A DNA stretch of 64,000 bases from Octopus vulgaris (lineage: Eukaryota): contig OX597826.1 of assembly GCA_951406725.2 (NCBI GenBank), positions 2,976,001 through 3,040,000 of the forward strand, given 5' to 3'. The notes beneath the pieces are model-generated. The model saw only the letters and a program-made list of their open reading frames with translations. It searched no databases and was not told the DNA's origin. The position numbers were made by a program, and so were the translations under genes. Below, in pieces: positions 41,346 to 55,681 of this stretch (positions are counted from its first letter, which is position 1; every line of letters starts with the position of its first letter).

Positions 41346-42429
41346 CGTGAGTTGGGAGTATTGATGCCTGGAGGATATCTTATGGTAGTGAAATAGTAGT
41401 TTAACTGCTATTTCTAAATTTCAACTAGATCTCATTATGCAAACATACAGTTGCATAACCAAGTACCTGTATTCTTTTAGAACTACTTCGCGTCGAAACA
41501 ATTGTAGGGAATAATAGATAAATGTGCAACCCTGCTCTTTCTTTCTGACCCCATTTTATTCACACACACACATACACACATACACACACACACACACACG
41601 CACACACACATACATATACACACACATGTATATGGTCATTAATAGGATACTTTTTGTCCACATGCTCGTAGCGGTTTTCACATATATTTGAGTGTAGATA
41701 CCAAGGTATATGCATCCATACTTCTAATAAAATACACTACATATACTCAAGATTCTGCTGCAAGCATTTTTATCCATTAATATCGAAAAAGTTTATTTTC
41801 TGGTAATCTACCTGCTTTCTATCTCTCTCTGTATCGCTCACCCCTTTTCTATCTGTTGGTCTCTGTCTCTGCCTCTGTCTTTCTCTCTCTCTCTCTTTGG
41901 ATATATCCATATTCTTTCCTACATGTATGTACGTTCGCATCCCTCACACACATATTATTCAATTCAAAAACATAAATTATCCCTTTCATATTCTCTCTAC
42001 GTGTGTTTGGAATGAGTCTCTCCTCCGACTGGCAATGTAGTCTACGTGTTTGAGATAACGCGTACTCTCCTCTAGGACGTCATATGCGATTTATTGTTTC
42101 TTACTTAAACTGAGTGACAGGTTATGTGTTCCACACCAAGAATTAGTGTCAAAATTGCAGTGAAAATAATGCCAGTGCTTCCTGTATATTTATCGATCCT
42201 AGAAACTATATGTATAAAGAAAAGAAACGCGACCATATTATAGAATATACGTAGTGGCTAATATCTCATTCATTATAGACCAAAATGGGAATTCTAAAAG
42301 ATAAAAATCCCTATCACTAACGTGGGTTTGTGAAGTAAGGTAGTTAGGACAATGACAATATGCATATATATTAAGGAGAACACGAAGAGATATCTAACAT
42401 TTCCTTATACAGGTCTCAACGCTACCAAT

Positions 42430-42700
42430 CGGATAACCTCATAATTTTGACAACTTAAGACAACGTCACTACTTCCATCTGTGTGAAACAACTTTACGAA
42501 ATGTAGTCCGGCGCTGTTTGAGAATAAAGTAACAAGACTTGTACCAAGAATAAACAATCAAACGTACATCTCAAAATAGTAAATACATAAGGCGAATAGT
42601 AAAAAGACAAGCGTTTGGCTAATGAGATGAAAAAGAAGTGGCTAAATATTTTAAATAATGAAGTAGACGCTATGAAGATTTCGTATGTTCAACACTCTGG
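42430..42700 (+). mobile_element. Possible ancient RTE-like LINE C-terminal relic
   Basis: A short match, RRCLRIK*QDLV, resembles the LR.IL.I.WQD motif. Confidence 0.3.
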
Positions 42701-44371
42701 ATTGCTCATATCGACTAAGAAATGGATGCATTTGTAGCTCACAATGTATTTTTCTCCAGTCTGTAACTTATCGAGAGAAAATCGTTTTAGGGAAATTCAG
42801 TATATGTCGAGCGAATTTATTTTAATAGAGCGAAAGTTAGCGGTGCGCAGGATGGGAGAAGCAAAGCAAAGAGCCTCTTCCAGTGATGGAGCAACAGTCC
42901 GTAGCTAAGTTGGAAGCAATGTGGGAAGGAGGATTAGTGATTTGGCCTCCACGGGGGATCTGCAAACTGGAGGTGTTACCTTTCAGGGCCTTAACAACCA
43001 ATGATTTTAGTATTTAGTTTCATGATATAGATTCTTCCAAGTGGTGAAAGCCACATCCAGCAGAGGTCAATGCCGAAAATGAACTTTTTTTCGTATGACA
43101 TAGCAATGCATGTCATTAATAGATTATCCAGCTGATGTAAAAGTTAATAGTACCGACATATTTCATCTTATGTTACACAGACGCATTAACTTTCTCTCAA
43201 TCGCCATAAAGTTACTACTTGACCTACTAACAGTTTACTACTCGTAGTGACCTTATTTAACAATCACTTCGCATCAACAATCAACTTGGTATTTTAGACT
43301 CCGTCAAATGATTCCTAAAATATCGGTAGAAACACTGGCCATAGTACTGAATCTGAACCAGCATAACTCTCAAAGTACACCAAAACCTATATGTATCTAT
43401 AGAAGATCCCGTTGAATATCAATCGCATTGATCTGCATGTATTACGCGGCAAAGGGGGCAAGGTTCGTTATCGCATGTATTCCTGTAAAATAGCGGCATT
43501 AAAATACACAATATTCTACATATCTAAGGATCGATTATTCCCTCTCTCACTTTCTCTATTCCACGAAATCCCTCTCTCCATCTCCCCCCTCTATCTCTAC
43601 TTTTCTACACACACGCACAGACACACACACATACACATGTATGTGTGTGTCTGTATGTATGTATGCATGCCTGTATAGAATATATGTATGTGTATGTATG
43701 TATGTGTGTATGTAGTTATGTATGTATGTATGTATGTATGTATATACAACCGTGCAGCGTGCGCGTTCATTAGACTCAAACTGTGTTGCTATGTGTCTTA
43801 TGTAAAATATTGTAAAAATCTTAAGTTTCATTTTCATAGGAAACTTAAGATTCTATCCATGGAATAATTGAATGGAAAACTACAGCGATAAAAAAGAAAT
43901 ATATATATATATATATATTACTAGATGTAATATCTTGTCATGTATTGATCTAGTCTGTCATATAAAAATCATATTTTATCAACAATCATTAACCGGTTGC
44001 TTAGTTACATCTTCCTCAAAATTATGTCAGTTGACAACAAAACTGTTACTGCGATGTGAATGGTATCTCAGAAACGCATTGTTTAAATAATTATGTATAT
44101 ATATATATGTGTGTATGTGTGTGTGTGCAATCATTTTCAACAAACATTCTCTGGGATCTGCTTGTATGTTGATATAATCGAAAATATATTTGTTTCTTTG
44201 ATTATTTGAATGTCTTACACTGTATAAAATGAACTGTTCGCCTTCAGAAAAGCATAGCTCATGCATACATGGGCAGACATACGCTATACATATTCGTGGG
44301 CTCAAATATACATACATGTGCATATGCACATACCCACATGTAAGTATGTATATATATATATATATATATTC

Positions 44372-44542
44372 ACAAAAAAAAAAAGTCGCAGACAGGTGGT
44401 GTAAGCAACAAACAGATATATTAGTTTAACGCTCGGAAAGTGAAAAAGTGTTTAACGTTTCGAGCCTATGCTCTTCCACAGAAAGAAGCACACAAAGAAA
44501 CAAGGAGAGAAGAAAAATACAGAATGTTTAGTGGCTAGCGAT
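44372..44542 (-). mobile_element. Family H1 repeat with minimal hammerhead-like motif
   Basis: Reverse complement: cttt-CTGTGGA-AGAGC-atag-GCTC-GAAACGTT-aaac; colinear with 9750-9931. Confidence 0.7.
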
Positions 44543-44659
44543 TTTGCTTGTTGCTTGGTGACTTAGGAAAAGTTCTATACGAATATCGTAACCCAAACGT
44601 CTTCTATTTACATAATATCGAGGTCTCTTTCATTCTTTTGTTGTCTTGCCATCTCTATC

Positions 44660-44730
<71 letters not shown>

Positions 44731-44904
44731 GTGTGTGTGTATGCATATAATGCAGGCAAATTTATATGCATATATACATATACATGTACGTAAATATATA
44801 GATGAATACATACATGGCATGTATATAAATATATATATACATACACATACACACACACACACACATATATATATACATACATATATACATATGTTACTAC
44901 TACA

Positions 44905-45235
44905 GTTACGACGACGAGGGTTCTATTTGGTCCGATCAACGGAACAACCTGCTCGTAAAGTTCACGTGCAAGTAGCTGAACTCTCCACAGACACGTGTAC
45001 CTTTAACGTAGTTCTCGTCGTTGGCTCGTTTGAAAAACAGAAACAGGAAGTAAGTGTAGAGAAAGGTGTGATGAAAGATTTCAGCAAAGTTCACCATCAC
45101 TTGCTGCCGGAACATCGTGGAGATTTAAGTGTTTTCGCACAATAACCACAGCGCCTCGTCTGGGAATCGAAACTGCGATATTATGACTGCGAGTCCGCTG
45201 TCCTCACCACTGGACCACTGGGCCATTGCGCCTCC
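44905..45235 (-). mobile_element. SINE family C with tRNA-Arg-like head
   Basis: Minus strand ggcgcaatggcccagtgg...gcggacTCGcagtc...gtttcgattccc (TCG in the anticodon position), followed by a non-tRNA body. Confidence 0.75.
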
Positions 45236-45264
45236 ACTATATATATTAAAAATGTTACCGCGTG

Positions 45265-45455
45265 TGTACCATTGGCGATTTTTTCCCTCCGACTTCCCTT
45301 CCTTGGATCTTTCCTTTTCCTATGTTTCTGACGAATAGCTCCGCTCGAAACTTTAAATCCCCCTTCTTTCTTTTCCTGAGCGTCCAATAACACTATACTT
45401 GTTCCACGTCCTCGAGTTGATGTGTTTTCTCTTTGTGTTTTCATGTTTGTATCAA

Positions 45456-45457
<2 letters not shown>
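45265..45457 (+). mobile_element. Divergent relative of family H1 with a canonical CUGANGA core
   Basis: gttt-CTGACGA-ATAGC-tcc-GCTC-GAAACTTT-aaat, then ctgagcgtccaataacac...ttgt, similar to H1; abuts (TA)n. Confidence 0.6.
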
Positions 45458-45509
<52 letters not shown>

Positions 45510-46138
45510 TGTGTCTGTGTATGTATATGTGCGTGTAAGTGTATACATGCTATGTATATACATGATTTGCCTATAGATAGTAGGTTTTTCAATTTTTTAT
45601 GACGAGGTGGTATTAACAAGTTGAATTTGAATTTGAATTTGAGAAATAACGACGAAAAAGATGCATAAGATGACAAAACGTTTACGTTTATTCACTGAGA
45701 CGTTATTGCAATTTTCAGTTTATAGTAATCACGTGCAGCGTTATTTCATTTTTACAAATCATGAGCAGGATATAACATGCTATTCATTAATTAATACGAA
45801 ATGGCGCATATCATGAAGGATGAAAATAATTACAGTTCAGAGGAAGTTCTGGGAGGATTTTCTTTTTAAATTTATTTCTTTTCTTCGCAGTAAATTAGCA
45901 ATAAGAAACAGAGAGAAATGAAAGAACGTACATATGTAGTGTTTACATACAGAATATCAATTTATTCCAGGAGACTTCTACCTTGTGAATAAGTCGAACT
46001 GTAGCGGTTAATTACATCTTTAGTTACAAACAACTCAACCAGCCGTTTCCCGATATATTCTAAGCAGAACAGACAATCTTTCCCAGCCGTCTTCTCATGT
46101 TAGTAATATATACTTGCATACAAGTACATGCATACTAC

Positions 46139-46188
<50 letters not shown>

Positions 46189-46201
46189 AGATATATAGAT
46201 A

Positions 46202-46260
<59 letters not shown>

Positions 46261-46901
46261 GTTTATATATTTGTTGTGCAAGATTTTTTTTATGTGAAGC
46301 CGTGTGCTGAAACATATATTGTTATATTTCGGAATGGTCATTTTGCCAGTTTAGCCAATAAAAACACACGCACTATATATTTGGTGTTATTTTGCTTCAG
46401 TGTTATTTATTTTTTACATTAATCTTAATCTTATTTCGGCTAGAGTTCTTTCGTCACACTCCTGTGACCGCATCAGTGGTGCTTTGTTTTCTTCTTTCTT
46501 ATTTGTGTCTCTCCTTACTAACCGTCAGCCATTTTGTATTTCTATTGTATGTCTTCATTTGCGCATGCTTGTATCTCTATGTGCGTCTATGTTTATTTAG
46601 TGTGTGTGGGGATGACTGTAATATTTGTATCTTCTGTTTATATACGTTCATGCAATTTGTTTTTGTTGTTGTTTTTGTTTATTCTTATTTTGTTCATGTG
46701 TTCACATCCACTTATTATTATCATTATATATGCTTGTATGTATGTATGTTTGTATAAAAACAAACTAGTAATAATAATAATAAATCAAAAAACAAACTGC
46801 CTTGTTTTTGATGTTGAAATCCCAGAGCCTTGGATCTAGGTTAGAAACTGGTTCTCTCCCTATTGGCAAGAAATATTGAAATAAATTAAATAAAATACAA
46901 A

Positions 46902-47744
46902 CAGGGTGCGGTGAATAAACTGTCGTCTAAAGTACACAAACATGAAATTAATAGACATGTCATTTTAGCACATATATTTATTAAAATTACATAAAAAAAA
47001 TATATTCAAGAAATTTATTCGATAAAATCGCATTTGACTTCAACCATGGCCCCCTGACGAGTTCGGAATCTCCTGCAACTCTTCTGGACAGTCTCCTTGT
47101 TTACGTTGTTGGATACTGCCAAGATCCTTGACTTCACTTCATCATTTGTTGATCTCTCGCGCAACTGCGCTTCACACATAATAATCAAGTGGGTTTGCAG
47201 TCTGGGGAGTTAGGTGGCCAGATACTATAGGTGGTGTGGTTGCAGAAATTGTCTAACATCTATGACTGGGTTCTTCTGTTCGTGTGGCATGGTGCAGATT
47301 CCTGTTATCAGACATAGGGTCTTCATCCAGAGCCGGTACTGCCTCCTCCAGTCACTGAATGTAAGTCTCCGAGTTGAGTCGAGGCTGTGTGGGAAGTTGA
47401 ATGGAGGCATAACTTCGCTATCAGTAGTGATCACTCCAAACACCATGATGGTGACTGGATGTTGATCTTTTATCCCGTTTGGTATGTCCTCAATTTGCAC
47501 TTTCCTCCGAGTGGCACCCAAACACACTGAAATATTCGTATTGAAGCGCTCCGGCGGGAATGCCAACCAGCACAGCATGGCGATTAAAAAATTCTGGCTG
47601 AGTGAATTGCTTCATGGGGCTGCTTTTGTTAAAGACGGTGACCAAATGAACCTACCACTCTGTGTAGACGACTAAATCGAAAGCAAACAATGCGCATGTG
47701 CAAAATAAGAAAATATAAATTAGCGAAAATTTACCCATCGCACC

Positions 47745-47747
<3 letters not shown>
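46902..47747 (-). mobile_element. Internally deleted Tc1/mariner-superfamily transposon (maT/DD37D-like)
   Basis: TIRs cagggtgcggtgaataaa ... tttacccatcgcaccctg-TA; minus-strand HPVTIMVFGVITTDSEVMPPF.FP and WPPNSPDC.PLDYYV. Confidence 0.88.
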
Positions 47748-47795
<48 letters not shown>

Positions 47796-48984
47796 CACAC
47801 ACACACACACACACACATAAATATATACATATATTGAGAGAGAAAAAGAGAAAGAGAGAGCGACACTGATTCAAATTATTTTTTCGTGCTTTGGGTTTGA
47901 TAATTTTCGCAGTAAAAGTTTTATAGTTCCAAAGCACTCCTTTAAGATGAATGAACTCTATTATTATATAACACATATAGTGATATAATAGATGTTATAC
48001 AATAATAGCGTTCATTTAAAATATATCATTCGCTGAATCGGTGCAATTTAATATAATTGTGATTCATAATATTAATTCGTGTTCTGTGGTAAGGAGAAAT
48101 TCCAAGGGAGGTAATCAGATGTTTGACAAGTCAGCTAATAACATAATGTAGGTATTAGAGGTATTTGGAGAATAAGAATTTATCCTTATCTATGCATGTA
48201 TCACTTTTCTCGTCTCGTTTATACATATATATATATATATATATATGTATATAGGTGTGTCTGTGAGTCGCCTAAGCGAGCATAAGTCAGGGAGAAGATG
48301 CACTCGTATATCTGCCAATAGAGTGGGTAGGTTATAGTATGCGAAATCGACAATTAACAATCCGTTTCGCGCAACGAATACAAAGGAATGTTAGGTAACA
48401 ATCCGATTAAATACTCTTAGTGACGAGCGTAAAGTTATATAGACGGATTCTTACCTAATACTCCATTCTATTCGCTGCACGAAACTGCTTATTAAGATCA
48501 GCCTTGATGGATATATAAAACTTTAATTTCAGATAACACACACACACACACACATATATATATATGTATACATATATATATATATATGCAATTTTATAGA
48601 TGTGTGAATATGCAATATACGTATGCATACACATGTGTGCGCGCAATTTTGACTGTGCGTAAACAATTATTCATTGAAAGCTATCACTTTGTTTATATAA
48701 TATTATATTATAGTGTTAAATCCATTGTAAATCGATATAATGAAATAAACAATAAACTTAGTACATTTTGCATGAAAATACATTAGCATTGTATTTGTAC
48801 GGATTTATACTCAGTTTTAAGTTATATATAAGGGAATTCACAAGATATCTGTACTAACTTTATACACTCGAAACAAGAGTCTTTGAAATACGCCTAATGT
48901 AGTGTTTGAGTGTATAAACTAGAATTGCATGCATTCAACTCTATGCGGCTTTTGATGGAAGCAACATATGTCCTTTCAATATAT

Positions 48985-49032
<48 letters not shown>

Positions 49033-49325
49033 CATGCATATATATGTATAGATGTACATGTATGTGTGTGTTTGTGTGTGACAATTACATATTTGAATAT
49101 GTATATTTACATAAATTTAAATAAGTACAATTCTGTATTTGTGTTTGCGTGTACGTGAACAACATAAGCGCGTACAAAATATATATATTTCAATATGATT
49201 TGAATTGTTTTCATGTGTCACTCGACTCTCATTCTCACTCATGCACCCTCTTTCTCTTTCTCTCTCTCCCTCTCTTTCTCTGTCCATATATATATATATA
49301 CATACGTATATATATATATGCATAC

Positions 49326-49379
<54 letters not shown>

Positions 49380-49681
49380 GTGAGCTGCTCCTATTGGGGT
49401 TTTTATTTGTCCTCCAACACCGCTTGGGACCCGGTGATTCTTTGTCCACGTACCAATAACATAGCGTTTCAGCCATTAGAAACTTATAAGAAAAGCATCA
49501 GGCTTAAAAATTAAGTCTATTTCTTCGTCTAAACCGTTCAAAGTTTTACACTTTATGATCGCAGTCCAATAAAGAAACAAAAGATATATAACTTGTGTGC
49601 GCGCGATTTTGCTTGTAAGAGATTATATACATTGAATCATAAATGCATAAATTAATACATAAATATGATAAATAAATGAAT

Positions 49682-50152
<471 letters not shown>

Positions 50153-50399
50153 GAGGGACATGCAAACCTGGATTCCGGACGCTTAGCATAGCAAAAATCG
50201 TCTATGAATTGTTATGTGTCTTAAAAACTTGAAGAAGACAGTAATACTCCCATAAATCGAAGCCCATCTTGGACTCGTGAACGATACATTACATCACACT
50301 TCAAAGATTTTGGACTTACAATCCAATAACAGAGAATCGCTGCTGAGTACGTAATAAACATTATAGAGCGCGTAGACTTTGGAGCTCTGTATCGCAATC

Positions 50400-50950
50400 G
50401 AAAATGTAGATCATGCCATATAATAGTGATTAGCAGCTGTCGATAAACGTTTTGAAGTTATTACTCGTTCTGCGACTTTGTCGCAAAATGCAATATTCAG
50501 TGCCATCTGGAAAAAAAAAGACCGCTCCGGAATAAATTTAAAGAAACACATGTTCCTCAATATGTACCCAACCATCAGCACAAGGGAAATGAATAGGACA
50601 TTGAAACCAAAATATCTACCGAGTACAAGCATAACAGGCCGTGTAATTTTGTTTGGGGCAGACAAGGAGAATTATGTACCGTCATCAAGATCATCTGCTT
50701 TGTAGATGTGAATAAGAACTTTGAAACAAAGAGGAAGACAATAATTATCAACAACTGCTTCGAAACGTACAGCTGTCTATATCCGAATTACAAATTTGCA
50801 TTTATACCAATAATAAATGGTGCTCTGATTTTTCTGATGAAATCTCTAACTGGCAGTGTAGATAAGGTTGGATTTTCAGAATAAGAAATCAACCAACAAA
50901 CTCGCACATTACAAGTGCAACCATCAAGTGGAACAGTATATATATGCAAG
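50400..50950 (+). mobile_element. Possible ancient LINE RT relic
   Basis: Ordered weak matches AIWKKKDRS, IICFVDVNKNFE, YIRITNL and DKVG...NKKST to RT subdomains. Confidence 0.3.
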
Positions 50951-51102
50951 ACTTTTCTCAAATTTAAAATGTGGTTTTGTTTTTGTTATCTACATTCCAA
51001 TCTTATGAATCTTTGTCTGAGGCCAGCTCCTTTCTCAGACGATGAATTTAAATGATTTGAAACAGAAGAGTACATACATGCTTGCATACATACATACATA
51101 CA

Positions 51103-51134
<32 letters not shown>

Positions 51135-51488
51135 ATATGAAATACGAGAACAGGATTCAAATTGCCAAGGGGGAAAATGCAGAACAGATATATATATGTA
51201 TTAGCATATACATATATGCGGTCATGTATGTCTGTGTTTGAGTGTGTCTGTGTATCTTCGTGTGTATCACTCTGCAGATGACTGAGATTGGAGAGTAAGC
51301 TTTTATCCTACTCTGATGCAATCATTATATCCACGTCACTGAACGTACCGTTTATTTCATTTTTGATGAAGAAACAACTTAAAAATTACATTTACCAACA
51401 TACATATTTATACATACCTAGACACGAATACACAATAAAGATCTCTGTCTATGTGCGCGCGAGTGTGTGTGTGTGTGAGTGTGTGTGT

Positions 51489-51541
<53 letters not shown>

Positions 51542-52154
51542 CGTGTGTGTATGTGTCAAAATTTGTTGTCTTACTAAGATTTTGTCTTTGCAAGCGATCG
51601 ATGGCAACAAGTAAAAATATGAAAGTATATTTTGTATTAGTCCCTAGTCGCTATTATTATATAACATCTATTATATCACTTTCTACTGCTACACTCCAAT
51701 CCTCATTGCTTTAGGTTCTACAAGTACAAAATCTATTACATCTAAGTTTAAAATTTGCTCTCTTTTATTTTCGTTTTTCATTTTATATCTTCTTTTTATA
51801 GACTAAGTATGATATTTAAAAATTGTATTTTCGTTTGTCATGAACATTTGTCAAACAGAAAGTAAAATGAAACAACACAGAATTATATAGTAAATAAATA
51901 AACAAATAATATGATCTCGAAATATAAACGAAGTTATACTGAAATAAAATTTTATAAAACTTTCAAACATTTTCCATTGCTTACACATCGTAATGCCAGT
52001 GGATTTATTTTTAAATTTAATTTTTATGAGTCATATTTCTATTTCAGTTACCAAATGTTATATCGGTGGAAAACAGACTATGTGTATGTATCTATTTATG
52101 TATAGAATTGTGTTTGTATGTGTAGGTATGCATCTATCTCTCAACCCCATCTGC

Positions 52155-52201
<47 letters not shown>

Positions 52202-53084
52202 TACACATATATACATACACACATATATACATACACACATATATATATATATGTGTATGTATATATATATGTGTGCATGTTTGTATGCATATATGTATTT
52301 ATATATACATAAGAATATTACACTTATATATGCTCATATAATATCTATTTTTTACATACAAATGTACATTTATCTATCTCTTTGTATTTGTATGTTTATA
52401 TATATGTGTGTGTGTGTGTTTGTGTGTGTTTAACTAGCCTAAAAGCCGCTCGGTAGGGTGGCCTTTACGGTAGCCCCTGTGGAGAGCTCTCCATTGGGCC
52501 TTGAGCCTTATAATGACACTTCATGCATTAAGTACATATTACATTTTTTTTAAAAAAAACTGACCACTATTTTTTAAACAATGAGCAATTTTCATCAATG
52601 ATATAATATGTAGACTTGGAGCGTATTGCAAAACTTTATGATAAACGGCATTTTTTGTCTTTTCATTCGAGCAGTACAATTTCTTTTTCTCTCTAACCTC
52701 TCTCTTTCTGCTGATTCTTTCAACCATCACCATCACCAGTGCCACCACCATCGTCACTACAATATTGCACACACCATTCAGACTTCTGACTTCTCGTTAC
52801 CCAATGTCTTTTCCGGCAAGGATTTGGAAACTGATATTCTAGGTCCTAATAACTTCTGAGAATTAGTGTAGATTTTTCTTCGTTGCATTTTATAACTTTG
52901 CTCCTTCCAATATTTTCCTGTAGTGACTCGTTTATTCTTGTATAAGCCAAGTAAATTCTAGAGGTTTTCAGTCGATATCATTTACTCCAGAATTTGATTG
53001 AAACTTCATTCTTGCCGTGAAGGAGGATGGCCGGTAGATTCACAGAATCATTGTACCATCATGCTTTTTTTTACATTCTGAGTC

Positions 53085-53300
53085 CGTTCATGACGGGAAC
53101 GAGCATCCTCGACGATGACGGGCACATGAGAACGAACGGAGGCAAGCTATCGGTCGACGACGGAAGCAGGCGAGGGGAAGCAGCGGCGTCCGGCGTCCGT
53201 GACGGAGGTCACAAACTCGGCCGAGCGAAACTTACCCCTTTGAAGTAGTCCGGAGCGCCTTGGCGAGCGACGCTCAATTGGAGCGTGGCTGTTCCTGTCT
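53085..53300 (-). other. CpG-rich island-like segment of unknown origin
   Basis: Abrupt GC/CpG enrichment against the AT-rich flanks; GG|GTAAGT donor on the minus strand at ~53230-53237. Confidence 0.5.
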
Positions 53301-53989
53301 TTCAATCTCACGAAGTCTCTGAAATACTTTAGTTGATAATATCCAGTCTCCCATCCCGTACACTTTCCTGACAGTGTTATAAGAAACAATTGCATCATGC
53401 ATTTCTCATCTTAATCTTGCATAATCATCTTATATTTTCTTTCTTTCTCATGCTGTTATCCTAACAAACATGTAATAAGGAAATTCATATTATTCATAAT
53501 AGTTACAATATTTGTTGAAACATTATTTGCCAGTATATATTTTTAAATTCTATGTATTTTCTAGATATAAAAATAAATGTGAAATTCTTTTAATAATTTT
53601 GACTGTACATTGGAAACTAGCCAAACAATGGTTAATTATATAAAACTCCTATTCTCCCTCTGATGTATTGAAGTTACAGTCTTATATGCTACTTTATTAA
53701 ACAAAGACGTATAACGTGCCATTTTTTCTTCATGGGTAGTGCCAAGGTTTTGTGTAAATAACAAAGGAAACAGTGCTTGGCAAAATACGAGAATTGACAC
53801 TGCAATTAACTGCTATAGAACATGTATCCAATTTTATAGCAAATGGGGATATTTTTTTAATTCTTTTCGCAGTTGCATGGTTTCTGGCTGAATTGCTCTT
53901 CGGAAGTTTCTGGATGATGAAGTCTGTACCTCTTTAGTTGACGAACAGATCGTAAGTAGAACTTGATAGTCTATGTAGAAACGTGTATT

Positions 53990-54004
53990 CTATCCATCTA
54001 TCTA

Positions 54005-54075
<71 letters not shown>

Positions 54076-54107
54076 CTCTCTCTCTCTCTCTCTCTCCCTC
54101 TATCTAC

Positions 54108-54179
<72 letters not shown>

Positions 54180-54218
54180 ATATCTATCTATCTCTCTCTC
54201 TCTCTCTCTCTCTCTCCC

Positions 54219-54266
<48 letters not shown>

Positions 54267-54288
54267 CCTATCTATCTATCTATCTATC
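53990..54288. repeat. (TCTA)n/(TC)n compound microsatellite with a duplicated higher-order unit
   Basis: The block (tcta)n-(tc)n-cctcta occurs twice. Confidence 0.9.
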
Positions 54289-54439
54289 AAGCTAGATGAT
54301 TTACTCTCTCTCCTCACACTCCCTTTCCCTCTACGTACATAATATATACATATATATGTGGTTCTTCTGCAATTTCTTATTGTCCAACCACACAGATGAT
54401 TTCCTCATGGTGATCAAATGTTAAACTCACTCCCTCCAT

Positions 54440-54607
54440 GAAATCGACATTACCTGTACAGGTGCACAACGTGCTGCCTGCCAAATGACGAAATGAACAT
54501 AGAACAACGTTAAATGAATCGTTTTGCCGAAGAACATCACGCAAAGCTCGTCCTGGGAATCGAAACCGCGATTTCACAACCGTGAGTGCAATACCCTAAC
54601 CACTAGC
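54440..54607 (-). mobile_element. tRNA-headed SINE related to family C
   Basis: Minus strand gctagtggttagggtattgcactcacggttgtgaaatcgcggtttcgattcccagg (A and B boxes) followed by body sequence. Confidence 0.65.
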
Positions 54608-54692
54608 ATATACTCCTTCACACACACGCATACACACACACACACTCACTCACACATACATATCCATTCAGATATTCACACACCCACCCAAA

Positions 54693-54755
<63 letters not shown>

Positions 54756-55143
54756 TCCTATATTTATTTACTTCTGTATGTATGTACCCTTGTTATGCTT
54801 GTTTGCTATTTGTACATATTTTTTCTATTGAATGTGAAAGAGATAAAGCCTAGCAAGAAAATCTCCACAGCGTTGCTTTTCGGTCATTGTACATTCCTGT
54901 ACTTGTGACATACCAAGTCACATGCTTACATTGTTGCTATCGCCATCAAAAATATAGGCAACTAGTGGATGGTCTGCTGAAAACGTTTAATTAGTTACAC
55001 CATCGTTCATCAAATCTGCGTCTGATAAACACAAAACCTTGCAGTGAATTGGAGCGTTTGATTTAGTTAATTTATTGCGCACATTGTAAATGATCAACCT
55101 TTCGATATAGGTGTCACATATAGTGAAATAAAGATATGTAATT

Positions 55144-55681
55144 ATTAAAGGAAAGAAAAAGGTCAATAAATACTTGCCATTACATTTTTAATCAATCAAA
55201 TATGAACCATTTTGTTGCACAATGCGTCCCCATCTTTCCTTTAACTTGTAAATACACTCTTCCAGGAACTGAGATGGTTTCATGGCAAAGAATTCATCAA
55301 GGTATCTTTTTACGTCATCCAAGGAATTGAAATTTTTGCCATTAAGACTATTCTGTAGAGACGTGAATAAGTGGAAATCTGAAGGAGCAATATCTGGTGA
55401 ATATGGAGGGTGGGGTAACACATCCCAGACGAGTTGCAGCAATTTTTGGCTGGTCCCCAAGGAATCAAGTGCCGAAAATGAACTTTCTTATCTTCCATTT
55501 TAAAGGGTTACAGAATTAACAAAGGTTATAGGAACATAAACCTTCTTCCACGAAAAGATAGCTTAAACTGTGCTCTAAATGGAAGTGTCGTCAAATCGTA
55601 TTTTATGGACTCAACCATGTTCTAAAATAAGTCAAGAGGTAAGCTACTATAAAACGGCACGAACTTTCCGGACAACCTAAA
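55144..55681 (-). mobile_element. Internally deleted mariner element
   Basis: 5' TIR ttaggttgtccggaaagttcgtgccg; N-terminus MEDKKVHFRHL joined directly to C-terminus WDVLPHPPYSPDIAPSDFHLFTSLQNSLNGK...LKERWGRIVQQNGSY. Confidence 0.9.

Noticed and set aside
45160-45235. tRNA-Arg(TCG)-like sequence, also at 16357 and 54550-54607
   Set aside because: No proper acceptor stem or terminator, and it continues into a repeat body; these are SINE heads, not tRNA genes
51025-51072. cagacga...gaaac motif
   Set aside because: Core mismatch and no stem III or cleavage triplet
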